Source: a virus. From it: a stretch of DNA of 64,000 bases. The stretch covers positions 1 through 64,000 of the IMG/VR virus record IMGVR_UViG_3300042940_003205; one strand, given 5' to 3'. The notes under the pieces are model-generated. The model had not been told where the DNA came from. It saw only the letters and a list, made by a program, of their open reading frames with translations, and did not search any database. Below, piece by piece: positions 8,453 through 17,279 of this stretch (its first letter is position 1; every line of letters begins with the position of its first letter). The position numbers were made by a program, and so were the translations under genes.

Positions 8453-10579
8453 ATGGCAAATCAATACAACGAAGACTCCATTCAGATTTTGGAGAGCCAA
8501 GAAGCAGTACGAACACGTCCTGCTATGTATATCGGTGATACTGGCAAAAAAGGACTTCACCACCTTGTTTGGGAAATTTTGGATAACTCTGTTGATGAGC
8601 ATATGGCTGGGCATTGTAGCAAAATTGATGTCATTGTTTCAAAAGACAACCGCACACTGACTGTAATTGATAATGGTCGTGGTATTCCTGTAGCAGTAAA
8701 GCAAGAAGATCTTAAAAAACGTTCTACTCTTGAGATTGTATTAACAGAATTACACGCTGGTGGTAAGTTTGGTGATGATGGTTCTGGATATGAAGCATCT
8801 GGTGGTCTTCACGGCGTTGGTGCTTCTTGTGTAAACTTTCTTTCAATAAATCTTGATGTTGAAGTTTATCGAGATAAAAAGAAATATCAATTATCTTTTG
8901 AGCGTGGTATTCCAGTTGCTCCTGTTAAAGAAATAGGTAATTCATCTTTAACCGGAACAAAAATTTCTTTTACCCCTGACTATAATATTTTTGGTCAATT
9001 TCCTGTGGAAGATGCTTTTCGTGAAGTTCTTGTAGATGATTTTGAAATTGATGAAGTATTTGCTGAATGTTCTGGTAAATGGCGTAAAGCTTTAATTAAC
9101 GGAGAAGTAAACGGTATTACTTTTTACGATATATTTAAGTCAACTAATATTGATGAGCAGCTTTTATATGTAATTTATAAAATTTGGAATAAGCGTTCTA
9201 ACGATAATATTCATTTTGATGAAGCTGTTATTATTCGACGTTTAAAAGAAACAGCTTATCTTAATGGTGGACTAAAAATTGTCTACAAGAATGAGCATAC
9301 TGGAACCAAAGAAGATTTTTACTACGAAGGTGGAATTGCAGATTACGTAAGCTATCTTGCATCTACTCGTTCAAATCCTTATCCATCAAAGCCATTTTAT
9401 TTTGAAAATAAGTCTGGAAAGATAAATGTCCAAGTTGCTTTTCAGTATTCAGAAGACGATGATGAAACAACCTATGCATATGCTAACAACATTAACACTG
9501 CTGACGGTGGTACTCATCTAAGTGGCTTCAAGACATCTATCACGAGAATTGTAAATCAATTTTCTCGATCCTCAGGTGTTATCAAGGAGAAAGAACCCAA
9601 TTTGACTGGTGAAGATATCCGTGAAGGTATTGTTGCTATCATCTCAGTTCGTCTTCCTCAGCCTCAATTTGAAGGCCAAACCAAGGGCAAACTTGGGTCA
9701 CCTGAAGTTGAAAGCGTTGTAAATAAACTTTTCTCCGAAGCACTTGTTGAATATTTTGAGAAGAACCCATCAATTTTTAAGATGATTGCTGAACGTGCTT
9801 TACGCTCTGCTCGTGCTAGGGCTGCAGCAAAGAAAGCATCTGAATCTATCAAGCGTCAAGGTTTTCTTGGTAAGTCAGGTTCTCTTCCAGGTAAATTGTC
9901 TGACTGTGATACTGAAGATGTATCTATTTCAGAATTATTCTTGGTTGAAGGTGATTCTGCTGCTGGATCTTCAAAGGGTGGTCGAAATCCTATCACTCAA
10001 GCTATTCTTCCTATTCGTGGAAAGATCATCAATCCAGAGAAAAATGAACTTGCTAAGCTTCTTGCAAATGAAGAAGTTTCTGCACTCATTTCAGCAATTG
10101 GAACTGGAATTCGTGATGATTTCAAGATTGAAGATTTGCGTTATGGCAAGGTTATCATTATGACTGATGCTGATGATGATGGTGCTCATATTGCTGCTCT
10201 TTTGATGACATTCTTCTATAGATTTATGCGTCCTCTGGTTTTGAAAGGTCATTTATATCTTGCGAAACCACCTCTCTACCGTGTGACTATAAAGAATGTT
10301 CACAACTATATTCACACTGAAGAAGAGCTCAATTCCTATCGTGCCAAGTATGGTGATAAAATAGATGTGACACGATTCAAGGGATTAGGCGAAATGGATG
10401 CTGATGAACTTGGACACACAACTATGGAAATTGGCACACGTCAAATAATCAAAATTGGTGTCGAAGATGCAGAAGAAGCTTCAAATATGCTCAGTGTTTT
10501 GATGGGTAATGAAGTAGGTCCACGTAAGGCTCATATTATTAAAAAGTCTTTTGAACGTAGTAAGGAAGTTGTAAACTAA
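8453..10579 (+). CDS. gyrB: DNA gyrase subunit B, with a ~70-aa insertion in the GHKL ATPase domain
   Basis: EAVRTRPAMYIG, EILDNSVDE, DNGRGIP, GGLHGVG, TOPRIM EGDSA / DADDDG, RFKGLGEM; AAGGA SD. Confidence 0.97.
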   Translation: MANQYNEDSIQILESQEAVRTRPAMYIGDTGKKGLHHLVWEILDNSVDEHMAGHCSKIDVIVSKDNRTLTVIDNGRGIPVAVKQEDLKKRSTLEIVLTELHAGGKFGDDGSGYEASGGLHGVGASCVNFLSINLDVEVYRDKKKYQLSFERGIPVAPVKEIGNSSLTGTKISFTPDYNIFGQFPVEDAFREVLVDDFEIDEVFAECSGKWRKALINGEVNGITFYDIFKSTNIDEQLLYVIYKIWNKRSNDNIHFDEAVIIRRLKETAYLNGGLKIVYKNEHTGTKEDFYYEGGIADYVSYLASTRSNPYPSKPFYFENKSGKINVQVAFQYSEDDDETTYAYANNINTADGGTHLSGFKTSITRIVNQFSRSSGVIKEKEPNLTGEDIREGIVAIISVRLPQPQFEGQTKGKLGSPEVESVVNKLFSEALVEYFEKNPSIFKMIAERALRSARARAAAKKASESIKRQGFLGKSGSLPGKLSDCDTEDVSISELFLVEGDSAAGSSKGGRNPITQAILPIRGKIINPEKNELAKLLANEEVSALISAIGTGIRDDFKIEDLRYGKVIIMTDADDDGAHIAALLMTFFYRFMRPLVLKGHLYLAKPPLYRVTIKNVHNYIHTEEELNSYRAKYGDKIDVTRFKGLGEMDADELGHTTMEIGTRQIIKIGVEDAEEASNMLSVLMGNEVGPRKAHIIKKSFERSKEVVN

Positions 10580-13098
10580 TGGCAAGGAATCTTAGAGTTA
10601 AAAGTGATGTGGAAGCATCACTCTTAACAGATACAATTCTTGAGAGAAATTTTGTTGATCTTATCGATGAACGATTTACTAACTATGCTTTTGCAGTTAT
10701 GGAAGATCGTGCATTGCCTGATGCTCGTGATGGCCTAAAGCCGTCACAGCGTCGAACTCTTGTTGCAATGGATGATCTTAAGCTCCGTGCATCAGGAAAA
10801 ACCAAGAAGTGTGCAAAAATTTGCGGTGATGTCTCTGGAAATTACCACCCACACGGAGAAGCAGTAGTTTATCCTACTCTTGTTCGTATGGCACAAACTT
10901 GGTCATTGCGTTATCCACTTATCTCTCCACAGGGTAACTTTGGTTCTCCTGCTCCTGAAGATAAGCCAGCTGCAATGCGATACACAGAAGCAAAGCTCTC
11001 TTCATTTGGTGATTTGATGGTAAATGAATTATCTGACCAGGTAGTTCGTTATCAATCAAACTACAACGATGAAATGATGGAGCCAACTGTTCTTCCATCA
11101 CTATTTCCTAACTTGATTGTTAATGGATGTAGTGGAATTGCAGTTGGATGGGCAACGAATATGGCACCTCACAATTTGCGTGAAGTTGCCAAGCTAGTTG
11201 ATGCTTATATCAAGAACCCAGACATTACAACTGACGAAGCTCTGCAGATTGTTCCAGGCCCAGACTTCCCAATTCGTTGTAAGGTTTTAGGCTTGGATGG
11301 TATTCGTTCATACTTTACAAATGGGCGTGGCACTGTTCAGCTTGAAGGCTACTACGACATTGTTCAAGAGCGTAATCAGGAAATCATCAAGGTAAGTGAA
11401 TTGCCTTATGGTAGTAGTGCTGAAAGCTTTTGTCGTGAGATCAAAGAACTTGTTGAAAGTAAGAAAATTGAGGGTATTACTGGTCTCAAGAACCTTACAA
11501 GCAAGAAGGGTATGGATGTTCGCATCTGGCTTCATAAAAGTGTAAGTTCTCAAGTTATTTTGAATCAACTTCTTAAGCGTACATCTCTTCGAACAAGTTT
11601 CTCTGTCAATTCCACTGTTCTTATGGATGGCAAGAAAGTTGTTGAGAACGTATCTATTCTTCAACTAGTAAAGGCATTTGTAGATCATCGTAAAGAAGTT
11701 CTGACAAATAAATTTACAGCTGAACACTCAAAGAATAGTGCTCGTATTCATATTCTAGAGGGTCTTCTTGGAATTACAGATAAGATTGATGCAGTAATCA
11801 AGCTTGTTCGTAATTCTGATAATAAAGAAGAAGCAGCAAAAGAACTTATTGCTCAAGGGTTTGTTTCATCACAAGAACAAGCTGATGCAGTATTAAGAAT
11901 TACTCTTGGAAACCTTACTAAGCTTGATACTCGTGCATTACAAGATGAGTTTGACAAGTTGACCAAGCGTAATGAATGGTTAGCTGCTCAATTGGCTTCA
12001 GAAAAGAAAATGCTTGGTCTTATTTCCAAAGAACAACTTGAACTAGCTGAAAAGTTTGGAGATGATCGACGTTCTGAAATTCTTGCTCTTGAAGATGAAA
12101 TTTCTTATGAAGATTTGATTCAAGAAGAAGAAATCATTGTATCCCTCACAAAAGATGGATATATCAAGCGTGTTCCTCTTGATACCTTTAGAACTCAGAA
12201 CCGTGGTGGCAAGGGTGTTATGGGTGTGAAGAGTCGTGAAGAAGATGAAGCTTCTGATATCTTTAGCGGAACTACTCACGACCTATTCTTATTCTTTACA
12301 AATCAAGGCAATTTGTTGAAGAAGAAGGGTTATGAAATTCCTCTTGCTTCTCGTATCTCAAAGGGTACACACCTTAATAACCTCTTGAATTTGACTGAAG
12401 GTGAGACTGTTTCTTCAACAATCACACTCAAGTCACTGGATGTTGATGGCTATTTCATTATGGTTACCAACAAGGGTTTGATTAAGCGTTCTGAAATCCG
12501 TGAATACAATACCAGTTTGCGTAAGCGTGGATTGAAGGCAATTTCTCTAACTGAAGGTGATAACTTGAACTTTGTTATGACCACTGATGGGAACAAGGAT
12601 GTAATGCTTGTAACGTCTATGGGAATGGCTGTTCGATATAATGAAACCTTGGTTCGTTGTATTGGAAAAAATGGTCAAGGTAGCCGTTCAATGCTTCTTT
12701 CTAGAGATGACAGTATTGCTGCTATGCTTGCTATTGATGCAGAAGCGGATCCATCAATTCTGGTAATCACTGAATCAGGTAAGGGCAAGAAGACCTCAGC
12801 ATCAGAATATCGTTCTACTGCTGGACGTTCTGTAAAGGGCCAGAGAACAATCAATCATCATAAGCGTGAGACTACAGGAAAGATTGTTTCTGCTCTTGCT
12901 CTAAATGATAATGATGACATCTTGGTTCTTACCAACAAGGGCAAGATGATGCGTTGTAATTTGGATAGTTTACGTAACAAATCCAAGGCAACTCAAGCCA
13001 CTACAATTGTTGCTTTGGATGACAATGATCTGGTACAAACTGCAGTGGTTGTTCCTTATGTAGGCGAATCAGAGTCAGAAGAAGAATTTACAGAATAA
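10579..13098 (+). CDS. gyrA: DNA gyrase subunit A
   Basis: RALPDARDGLKP, YHPHG, catalytic AAMRYTE, GyrA-box QNRGGKG (12196-12216), beta-pinwheel repeats, acidic tail; TAATG overlap with gyrB. Confidence 0.97.
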   Translation: MARNLRVKSDVEASLLTDTILERNFVDLIDERFTNYAFAVMEDRALPDARDGLKPSQRRTLVAMDDLKLRASGKTKKCAKICGDVSGNYHPHGEAVVYPTLVRMAQTWSLRYPLISPQGNFGSPAPEDKPAAMRYTEAKLSSFGDLMVNELSDQVVRYQSNYNDEMMEPTVLPSLFPNLIVNGCSGIAVGWATNMAPHNLREVAKLVDAYIKNPDITTDEALQIVPGPDFPIRCKVLGLDGIRSYFTNGRGTVQLEGYYDIVQERNQEIIKVSELPYGSSAESFCREIKELVESKKIEGITGLKNLTSKKGMDVRIWLHKSVSSQVILNQLLKRTSLRTSFSVNSTVLMDGKKVVENVSILQLVKAFVDHRKEVLTNKFTAEHSKNSARIHILEGLLGITDKIDAVIKLVRNSDNKEEAAKELIAQGFVSSQEQADAVLRITLGNLTKLDTRALQDEFDKLTKRNEWLAAQLASEKKMLGLISKEQLELAEKFGDDRRSEILALEDEISYEDLIQEEEIIVSLTKDGYIKRVPLDTFRTQNRGGKGVMGVKSREEDEASDIFSGTTHDLFLFFTNQGNLLKKKGYEIPLASRISKGTHLNNLLNLTEGETVSSTITLKSLDVDGYFIMVTNKGLIKRSEIREYNTSLRKRGLKAISLTEGDNLNFVMTTDGNKDVMLVTSMGMAVRYNETLVRCIGKNGQGSRSMLLSRDDSIAAMLAIDAEADPSILVITESGKGKKTSASEYRSTAGRSVKGQRTINHHKRETTGKIVSALALNDNDDILVLTNKGKMMRCNLDSLRNKSKATQATTIVALDDNDLVQTAVVVPYVGESESEEEFTE
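13060..13089 (+). promoter_or_regulatory. Putative late promoter GTAGG-N17-AAGAATTT embedded in the gyrA 3' end
   Basis: Same spacing and motif as the intergenic copies; lies just upstream of the tail gene at 13111. Confidence 0.4.
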
Positions 13099-13110
13099 TA
13101 GGTGTAAATT

Positions 13111-13497
13111 ATGGCTAACGCATTGTTTGATAGTGGCAGAGATGGTTTCTTAAATGGTGAATTCAATTGGTCAGCAGATTCTTTTAAAATAATTTTGCTT
13201 TCAAATCAATACACTGTTGATCTAATTAATCACGCTACTACAGCAAGCGTTGGGGGAACAGTAGCTATATCAGGAGTTATGACCACCATAACTCCTGGTA
13301 AAGGCGTAGCAGATGCAAACGATTTGACTATATCTGGTGTTGCTGGAACTACAGTTACTCAATATATAATTTTTCACGATACTTCTAAAAAACTAATTGC
13401 GTATTTTGATACATCATCAAATTTACCAGTGGTCCCCAATGGAGGGAATATTACTCTTCAATGGAATAATGCTTCAGATAGAATCTTCAAGCTCTAG
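13111..13497 (+). CDS. Conserved small phage tail-associated structural protein
   Basis: MANALFDSGRDGFLNGEFNWSADSFKIILL...DANDLT...LIAYFD...PNGGNITLQW pattern seen in phage minor tail proteins. Confidence 0.7.
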   Translation: MANALFDSGRDGFLNGEFNWSADSFKIILLSNQYTVDLINHATTASVGGTVAISGVMTTITPGKGVADANDLTISGVAGTTVTQYIIFHDTSKKLIAYFDTSSNLPVVPNGGNITLQWNNASDRIFKL

Positions 13498-13516
13498 ATT
13501 TTCTAGAGCTTTTTTT
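13489..13516 (+). terminator. Intrinsic terminator
   Basis: 10-bp stem aagctctaga/tctagagctt, 3-nt loop, T run; overlaps the stop codon. Confidence 0.7.
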
Positions 13517-13548
13517 ATAGGTAAAAGTGGTCTGAAAATGGGAATTTT
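13517..13548 (+). promoter_or_regulatory. Putative late promoter ATAGG-N18-GGGAATTTT
   Basis: Starts immediately after the terminator, upstream of 13567. Confidence 0.45.
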
Positions 13549-13566
13549 AACAATTGAGACCGCAAT

Positions 13567-14388
13567 ATGAACAACGCAACAATTAAATCTTGGATTAATA
13601 GAGCATACGTTTTTGAAGAAAGCTATATAAACGCTTTTGTAGCATCTTCTTCTGGAGGAACCGGAGGCACTGGTGGAACTGGTGGCACCGGAGGTACAGG
13701 AGGCACTGGCGGAACAGGTGCTGGTTCAGGAACCACTGTATTGTACTTCTCTGTTCCAAATTCTTCTTCTTATCCTGGCACTGGATTTACTATTTTTGAT
13801 CTAAGCACATATGGCAATAACGGCTATCTATACAATGGCACCAATTATGTAAACAGCGGAAATGCTGATTATTTATTCTTTGACGGAACAAACAATTATG
13901 TTGGAATAAATACAACAGTAACCTCAAACACAAATGATGTAAACATAACAACCTGGGTAAATTCCTCAATAGTATCTCAATCTGGCCAAATGATTGTTTA
14001 TGTAGGTAGTGAACAAAACCTCAATGGATATGGTATAGCAATCAATAAAGAGTATGTAACATCTGGAAATGTTTACATCAGATACGGAAATGTGAGATGG
14101 TACAACTCTGGAATTGCATTATCTTCAAATACCTGGAACCATCTGTCTCTTAATATAAAGAGTGATACTTCCAATGATTTATATGTCGATGGTATCTTAA
14201 GATATTCTGGACCAATCTCTGCAATTTACACACCAACATTACATACAGAAATTGGAAGAAGTGATTTTACTACTTATGCTTACCCAAGATATTTGAATGG
14301 GAAAGTTTCTGAAGTTATCATTTCCAGTGGAATTTTAACTACAAGTCAAATTTTATCGCATTATAACTCAACTAAAAATAATTATTAA
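13567..14388 (+). CDS. LamG/concanavalin A-like lectin-domain virion protein with a (GGT)7 linker
   Basis: DLSTYGNNG, FDGTNNYV, WNHL, LYVDG, YLNGKVSEVII...SQILSHYN LamG pattern. Confidence 0.8.
   Translation: MNNATIKSWINRAYVFEESYINAFVASSSGGTGGTGGTGGTGGTGGTGGTGAGSGTTVLYFSVPNSSSYPGTGFTIFDLSTYGNNGYLYNGTNYVNSGNADYLFFDGTNNYVGINTTVTSNTNDVNITTWVNSSIVSQSGQMIVYVGSEQNLNGYGIAINKEYVTSGNVYIRYGNVRWYNSGIALSSNTWNHLSLNIKSDTSNDLYVDGILRYSGPISAIYTPTLHTEIGRSDFTTYAYPRYLNGKVSEVIISSGILTTSQILSHYNSTKNNY
13654..13716 (+). repeat. Seven tandem Gly-Gly-Thr codon triplets with diversified synonymous codons
   Basis: gga gga acc / gga ggc act / ggt gga act / ggt ggc acc / gga ggt aca / gga ggc act / ggc gga aca. Confidence 0.95.
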
Positions 14389-14401
14389 ATGGAATATTGA
14401 T

Positions 14402-14719
14402 ATGCTCAACAATGAATATTTATCAGGAACTACACTTAAAATCTACGCTCATCTTAAGAATGAAAGTGGTACTGGAATTTCTGCAGACAGTTTGACATTT
14501 TATATCACTGAACCTGGTGGAATTGGATATACGTACTATTATGGCATTGGATCAGGTAGTGGTAATTCTCAACCTGTGCAATCTACAGATACAGTAGGTA
14601 TTTATTTTAAAGAATGGACTCCTTCAAGAATAGGATCTTATAAATATTCTTGGAAAGCATCAGGCACTATCAATTCCACTTTCAAAAGTTTTTTTGAAGT
14701 GAAAGATTACAGGTGGTAA
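14402..14719 (+). CDS. Small beta-sandwich (Ig/BppU-like) virion protein
   Basis: 105 aa; LTFYITEPGG...GIYFKEWTP...GSYKYSWKASG pattern; structural gene context. Confidence 0.5.
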   Translation: MLNNEYLSGTTLKIYAHLKNESGTGISADSLTFYITEPGGIGYTYYYGIGSGSGNSQPVQSTDTVGIYFKEWTPSRIGSYKYSWKASGTINSTFKSFFEVKDYRW

Positions 14720-15670
14720 ATGGCTTTTCCAGGCATTCTTACTAGAGGCGAATTTTCAACAGGTCTAAACACAAAAAGTATTTGCGTAAATGGCAATTAT
14801 CTTATTGTTGAAGAGTGCAATATTAATCAAGTTCAAGAGCATAACTTAAATAACTATATTCAGGGTGGTCCTGCTTATGCAATATATAATCTTGGAGCAA
14901 AAAAATACGAAGGTTCAATTTCTTTTCCATTAAGAGTTGATCAAGACGGAAATCTTGAATCTGCTGCTATAACTCTGCTACAGTATGCAGCGAAACCTAT
15001 GTCAGCTTTAAGAATTGATACACATCATTTGCTTTCAATGAAAACAACTACTGTTTTAGATCCAGGTACAGACAATAATAAAAATCTTTCTTTAGATTCT
15101 GTAGTAATTAGTAGTTTGACATTATCTTGCAGTGAAAGCAACAAGGTGATGATTAGAATTGATTTAACTGGTATGGTTGATGAAGAAAATGAATCTGAAT
15201 TCAATTTTAGTACTGATTATATCTTGGGAAGAGCCTTAACTTGGGCTGATTGTAATGCTAGTAGAAAAGAATCTTCTATGAGAACTACATCTAGTATTGA
15301 AGTGCGAATTGAAAACGAATTAGTGACACCAGTATTCTTGATGCCTTACTTGTCTTATCCTGGTGCTGGAGTAACAGAATCAAAAGATCAAATAGAGCTA
15401 ATAGGTGTTCAATCTACTAAATGGAGTGGAAATGTTGCAGAAGTTATAAGAAATGGAGCAGATTTACATACATTTATTCATGGTGGATTGATGCATGATT
15501 CTAATTTGGTTTTACAATTTGGACCAGCTACTGCAACATTCCCAAACCCAGTTTTCAAAATTGGACAAACTCCTTTGACCTCTCAAATAATAAGGAGAAC
15601 CACTGAATGGGCTGGAATTAATAAACCTGATGCTTCTATGAACGACAATGGATTATTCACTTTTGTTTAA
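14720..15670 (+). CDS. Tail-tube-like protein, paralogue of 15760-16782
   Basis: Beta-rich; aligns by eye with the downstream ORF (YLIVE/YIVE, QGGP/QGSP, LIGVQ/HIGVN). Confidence 0.5.
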   Translation: MAFPGILTRGEFSTGLNTKSICVNGNYLIVEECNINQVQEHNLNNYIQGGPAYAIYNLGAKKYEGSISFPLRVDQDGNLESAAITLLQYAAKPMSALRIDTHHLLSMKTTTVLDPGTDNNKNLSLDSVVISSLTLSCSESNKVMIRIDLTGMVDEENESEFNFSTDYILGRALTWADCNASRKESSMRTTSSIEVRIENELVTPVFLMPYLSYPGAGVTESKDQIELIGVQSTKWSGNVAEVIRNGADLHTFIHGGLMHDSNLVLQFGPATATFPNPVFKIGQTPLTSQIIRRTTEWAGINKPDASMNDNGLFTFV

Positions 15671-15701
15671 AAAGGTAAGCATCAATAAAATAAAGAATAT
15701 T
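15671..15701 (+). promoter_or_regulatory. Putative late promoter AAAGG-N17-AAGAATATT
   Basis: Best consensus copy, upstream of the putative major tail protein. Confidence 0.5.
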
Positions 15702-15759
15702 TTGAATAACCTAAAAAAACAAAAGAAGTCAATAAATCTTTTGAAAGTGAGTTGATAAA

Positions 15760-16782
15760 ATGCCTATTAATAATGATATCCTTGGTATTTACAAATCAGT
15801 GTTTATTACAGTTGCTGGTGGAACTGCTAGATCATACATTGTTGAAAGTGCCAGCAGAAGCGTTACAATTGATGCTTCACCTAAAGTATTGATGCAAGGA
15901 AGTCCTAAAACTAGAATTATGGACATCGGTGGAGTAACAGAGACCATCTCCATCCAAGCTCCTATTTTGATTGGTGGTGGTGCTTCAGCTGATGGAAGAG
16001 CTATCGCAACACAAAAAATCAATGAAATTCTAGACCCTACTAATGCAACATTACCTATCCTTAAGTCAGCTTCATTCAGTATTAATGAAGGTGGCGGATC
16101 TGTTTCTCTTACCCTTGAGAGTGATGGTGACTCAGGCGTTGGTACTTCAGCATTCTTTGTTGTAAACTCCAACACACCACACCCATCATTGAATCCTGTT
16201 GGTACTGGTGGTTCTGGAACTACTGCTTTTGGTCCTACAAGAGTTGCTCGTTTCTACGACTTTAGAGCTCAAATCGGTGATAGAAAGTTCTTTATCCAAG
16301 AAGCAAGCGTTGATGTCAATGTTGAAACACAAAAGACATACTTCATCAACCCTTACGACTTTGTAGATCCAGGTGCTGGCTACCAATTAACTGGTAATGG
16401 TGGTACTTCATTGCCTTCAGTTCTTTCAGGTAATGGTATTTCCTACAAGTATGGTACTCAATTCCCACATATCGGTGTTAATGGTTTAACAATTTCCGGT
16501 AAGGGTAAAGGCGCTGTTGTTGTTGGTTCAACATATGCTTCTGAAACAACTGCTGGTGTTACTACACAAGAAGCTGGTAAAACTGTTCTTGCAAGTGCAG
16601 GCAGTGTAACATTTGCTCTTGAAATTGCACAACAAAATGGTTTCAACTATCTCGCAGCTCCATCTTGGGCTAGCTTGATTCCTGGTATTGGTTTATCAAA
16701 AGCAATCATCAATGCTACCAACTTCTCTGTAAGTACTGGTATCTTGACTGTTGACTTTGACTTTATGTGCTACGTTGTCTAA
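15760..16782 (+). CDS. Putative major tail tube protein
   Basis: 340 aa, Gly/Ser/Thr-rich beta protein; codon choices suggesting high expression (GGT, ACT, TTC, AAC); own promoter motif. Confidence 0.55.
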   Translation: MPINNDILGIYKSVFITVAGGTARSYIVESASRSVTIDASPKVLMQGSPKTRIMDIGGVTETISIQAPILIGGGASADGRAIATQKINEILDPTNATLPILKSASFSINEGGGSVSLTLESDGDSGVGTSAFFVVNSNTPHPSLNPVGTGGSGTTAFGPTRVARFYDFRAQIGDRKFFIQEASVDVNVETQKTYFINPYDFVDPGAGYQLTGNGGTSLPSVLSGNGISYKYGTQFPHIGVNGLTISGKGKGAVVVGSTYASETTAGVTTQEAGKTVLASAGSVTFALEIAQQNGFNYLAAPSWASLIPGIGLSKAIINATNFSVSTGILTVDFDFMCYVV

Positions 16783-16787
16783 TTAGA

Positions 16788-17279
16788 TTAGTCTTCGTCA
16801 TACATAAAATTTTCGTAATCCCAGTCTTCATCTAAAGGCTCCATATTATCCCAAACATCAAAAACAATTTTCAAATTGGTTTGGGATAATATGGACAAGA
16901 TGATTCCATCACACAAAGACATAATTAAATAAAAATTATTCAAATTTTTATCCAAAAATTTCACTGATGTATAGATTACATCACCAACTTTATTCTCAAT
17001 CTCAACACTCTCGACATCAGATTTGTATATTTCTAAAAGTTTAATAAATGCCTGATGTATGGTTTGTATATGAGAATTTTTATGATAATCTTTAGCTACA
17101 AAAGTTAACATTCCAGATTCATAAGAATTAATTTCACAAGCTGATTTTTTGTCCCCATCACTCAATACTACAAAAGATCTGCCTTCGGGGTTTACAACAA
17201 CACTTTCAATTAAGATAGGTATGAGCTCATAACGATTTCCGTTATTGATCGAATGCCTATCTATTTTTTTGTCTTTCAT
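16788..17279 (-). CDS. Degenerate bifunctional-nuclease (DUF151/BFN-like) protein
   Basis: FVVL...EINSYES...TIHQ...VESVEIE...VIYTSV...SLCDGIILS layout matches DUF151; start moved to the ATG overlapping the merC-like stop (ATGA). Confidence 0.65.
   Translation of the reverse strand: MKDKKIDRHSINNGNRYELIPILIESVVVNPEGRSFVVLSDGDKKSACEINSYESGMLTFVAKDYHKNSHIQTIHQAFIKLLEIYKSDVESVEIENKVGDVIYTSVKFLDKNLNNFYLIMSLCDGIILSILSQTNLKIVFDVWDNMEPLDEDWDYENFMYDED

Noticed and set aside
8993-9208. Intein or intron in gyrB
   Set aside because: No C/S start, no HN-C/S/T end, frame uninterrupted, no visible group I/II features
14720-16782. Extracellular contractile injection system (eCIS/T6SS) locus
   Set aside because: No sheath, VgrG/PAAR, baseplate J or AAA ATPase recognisable; replication genes point to a phage
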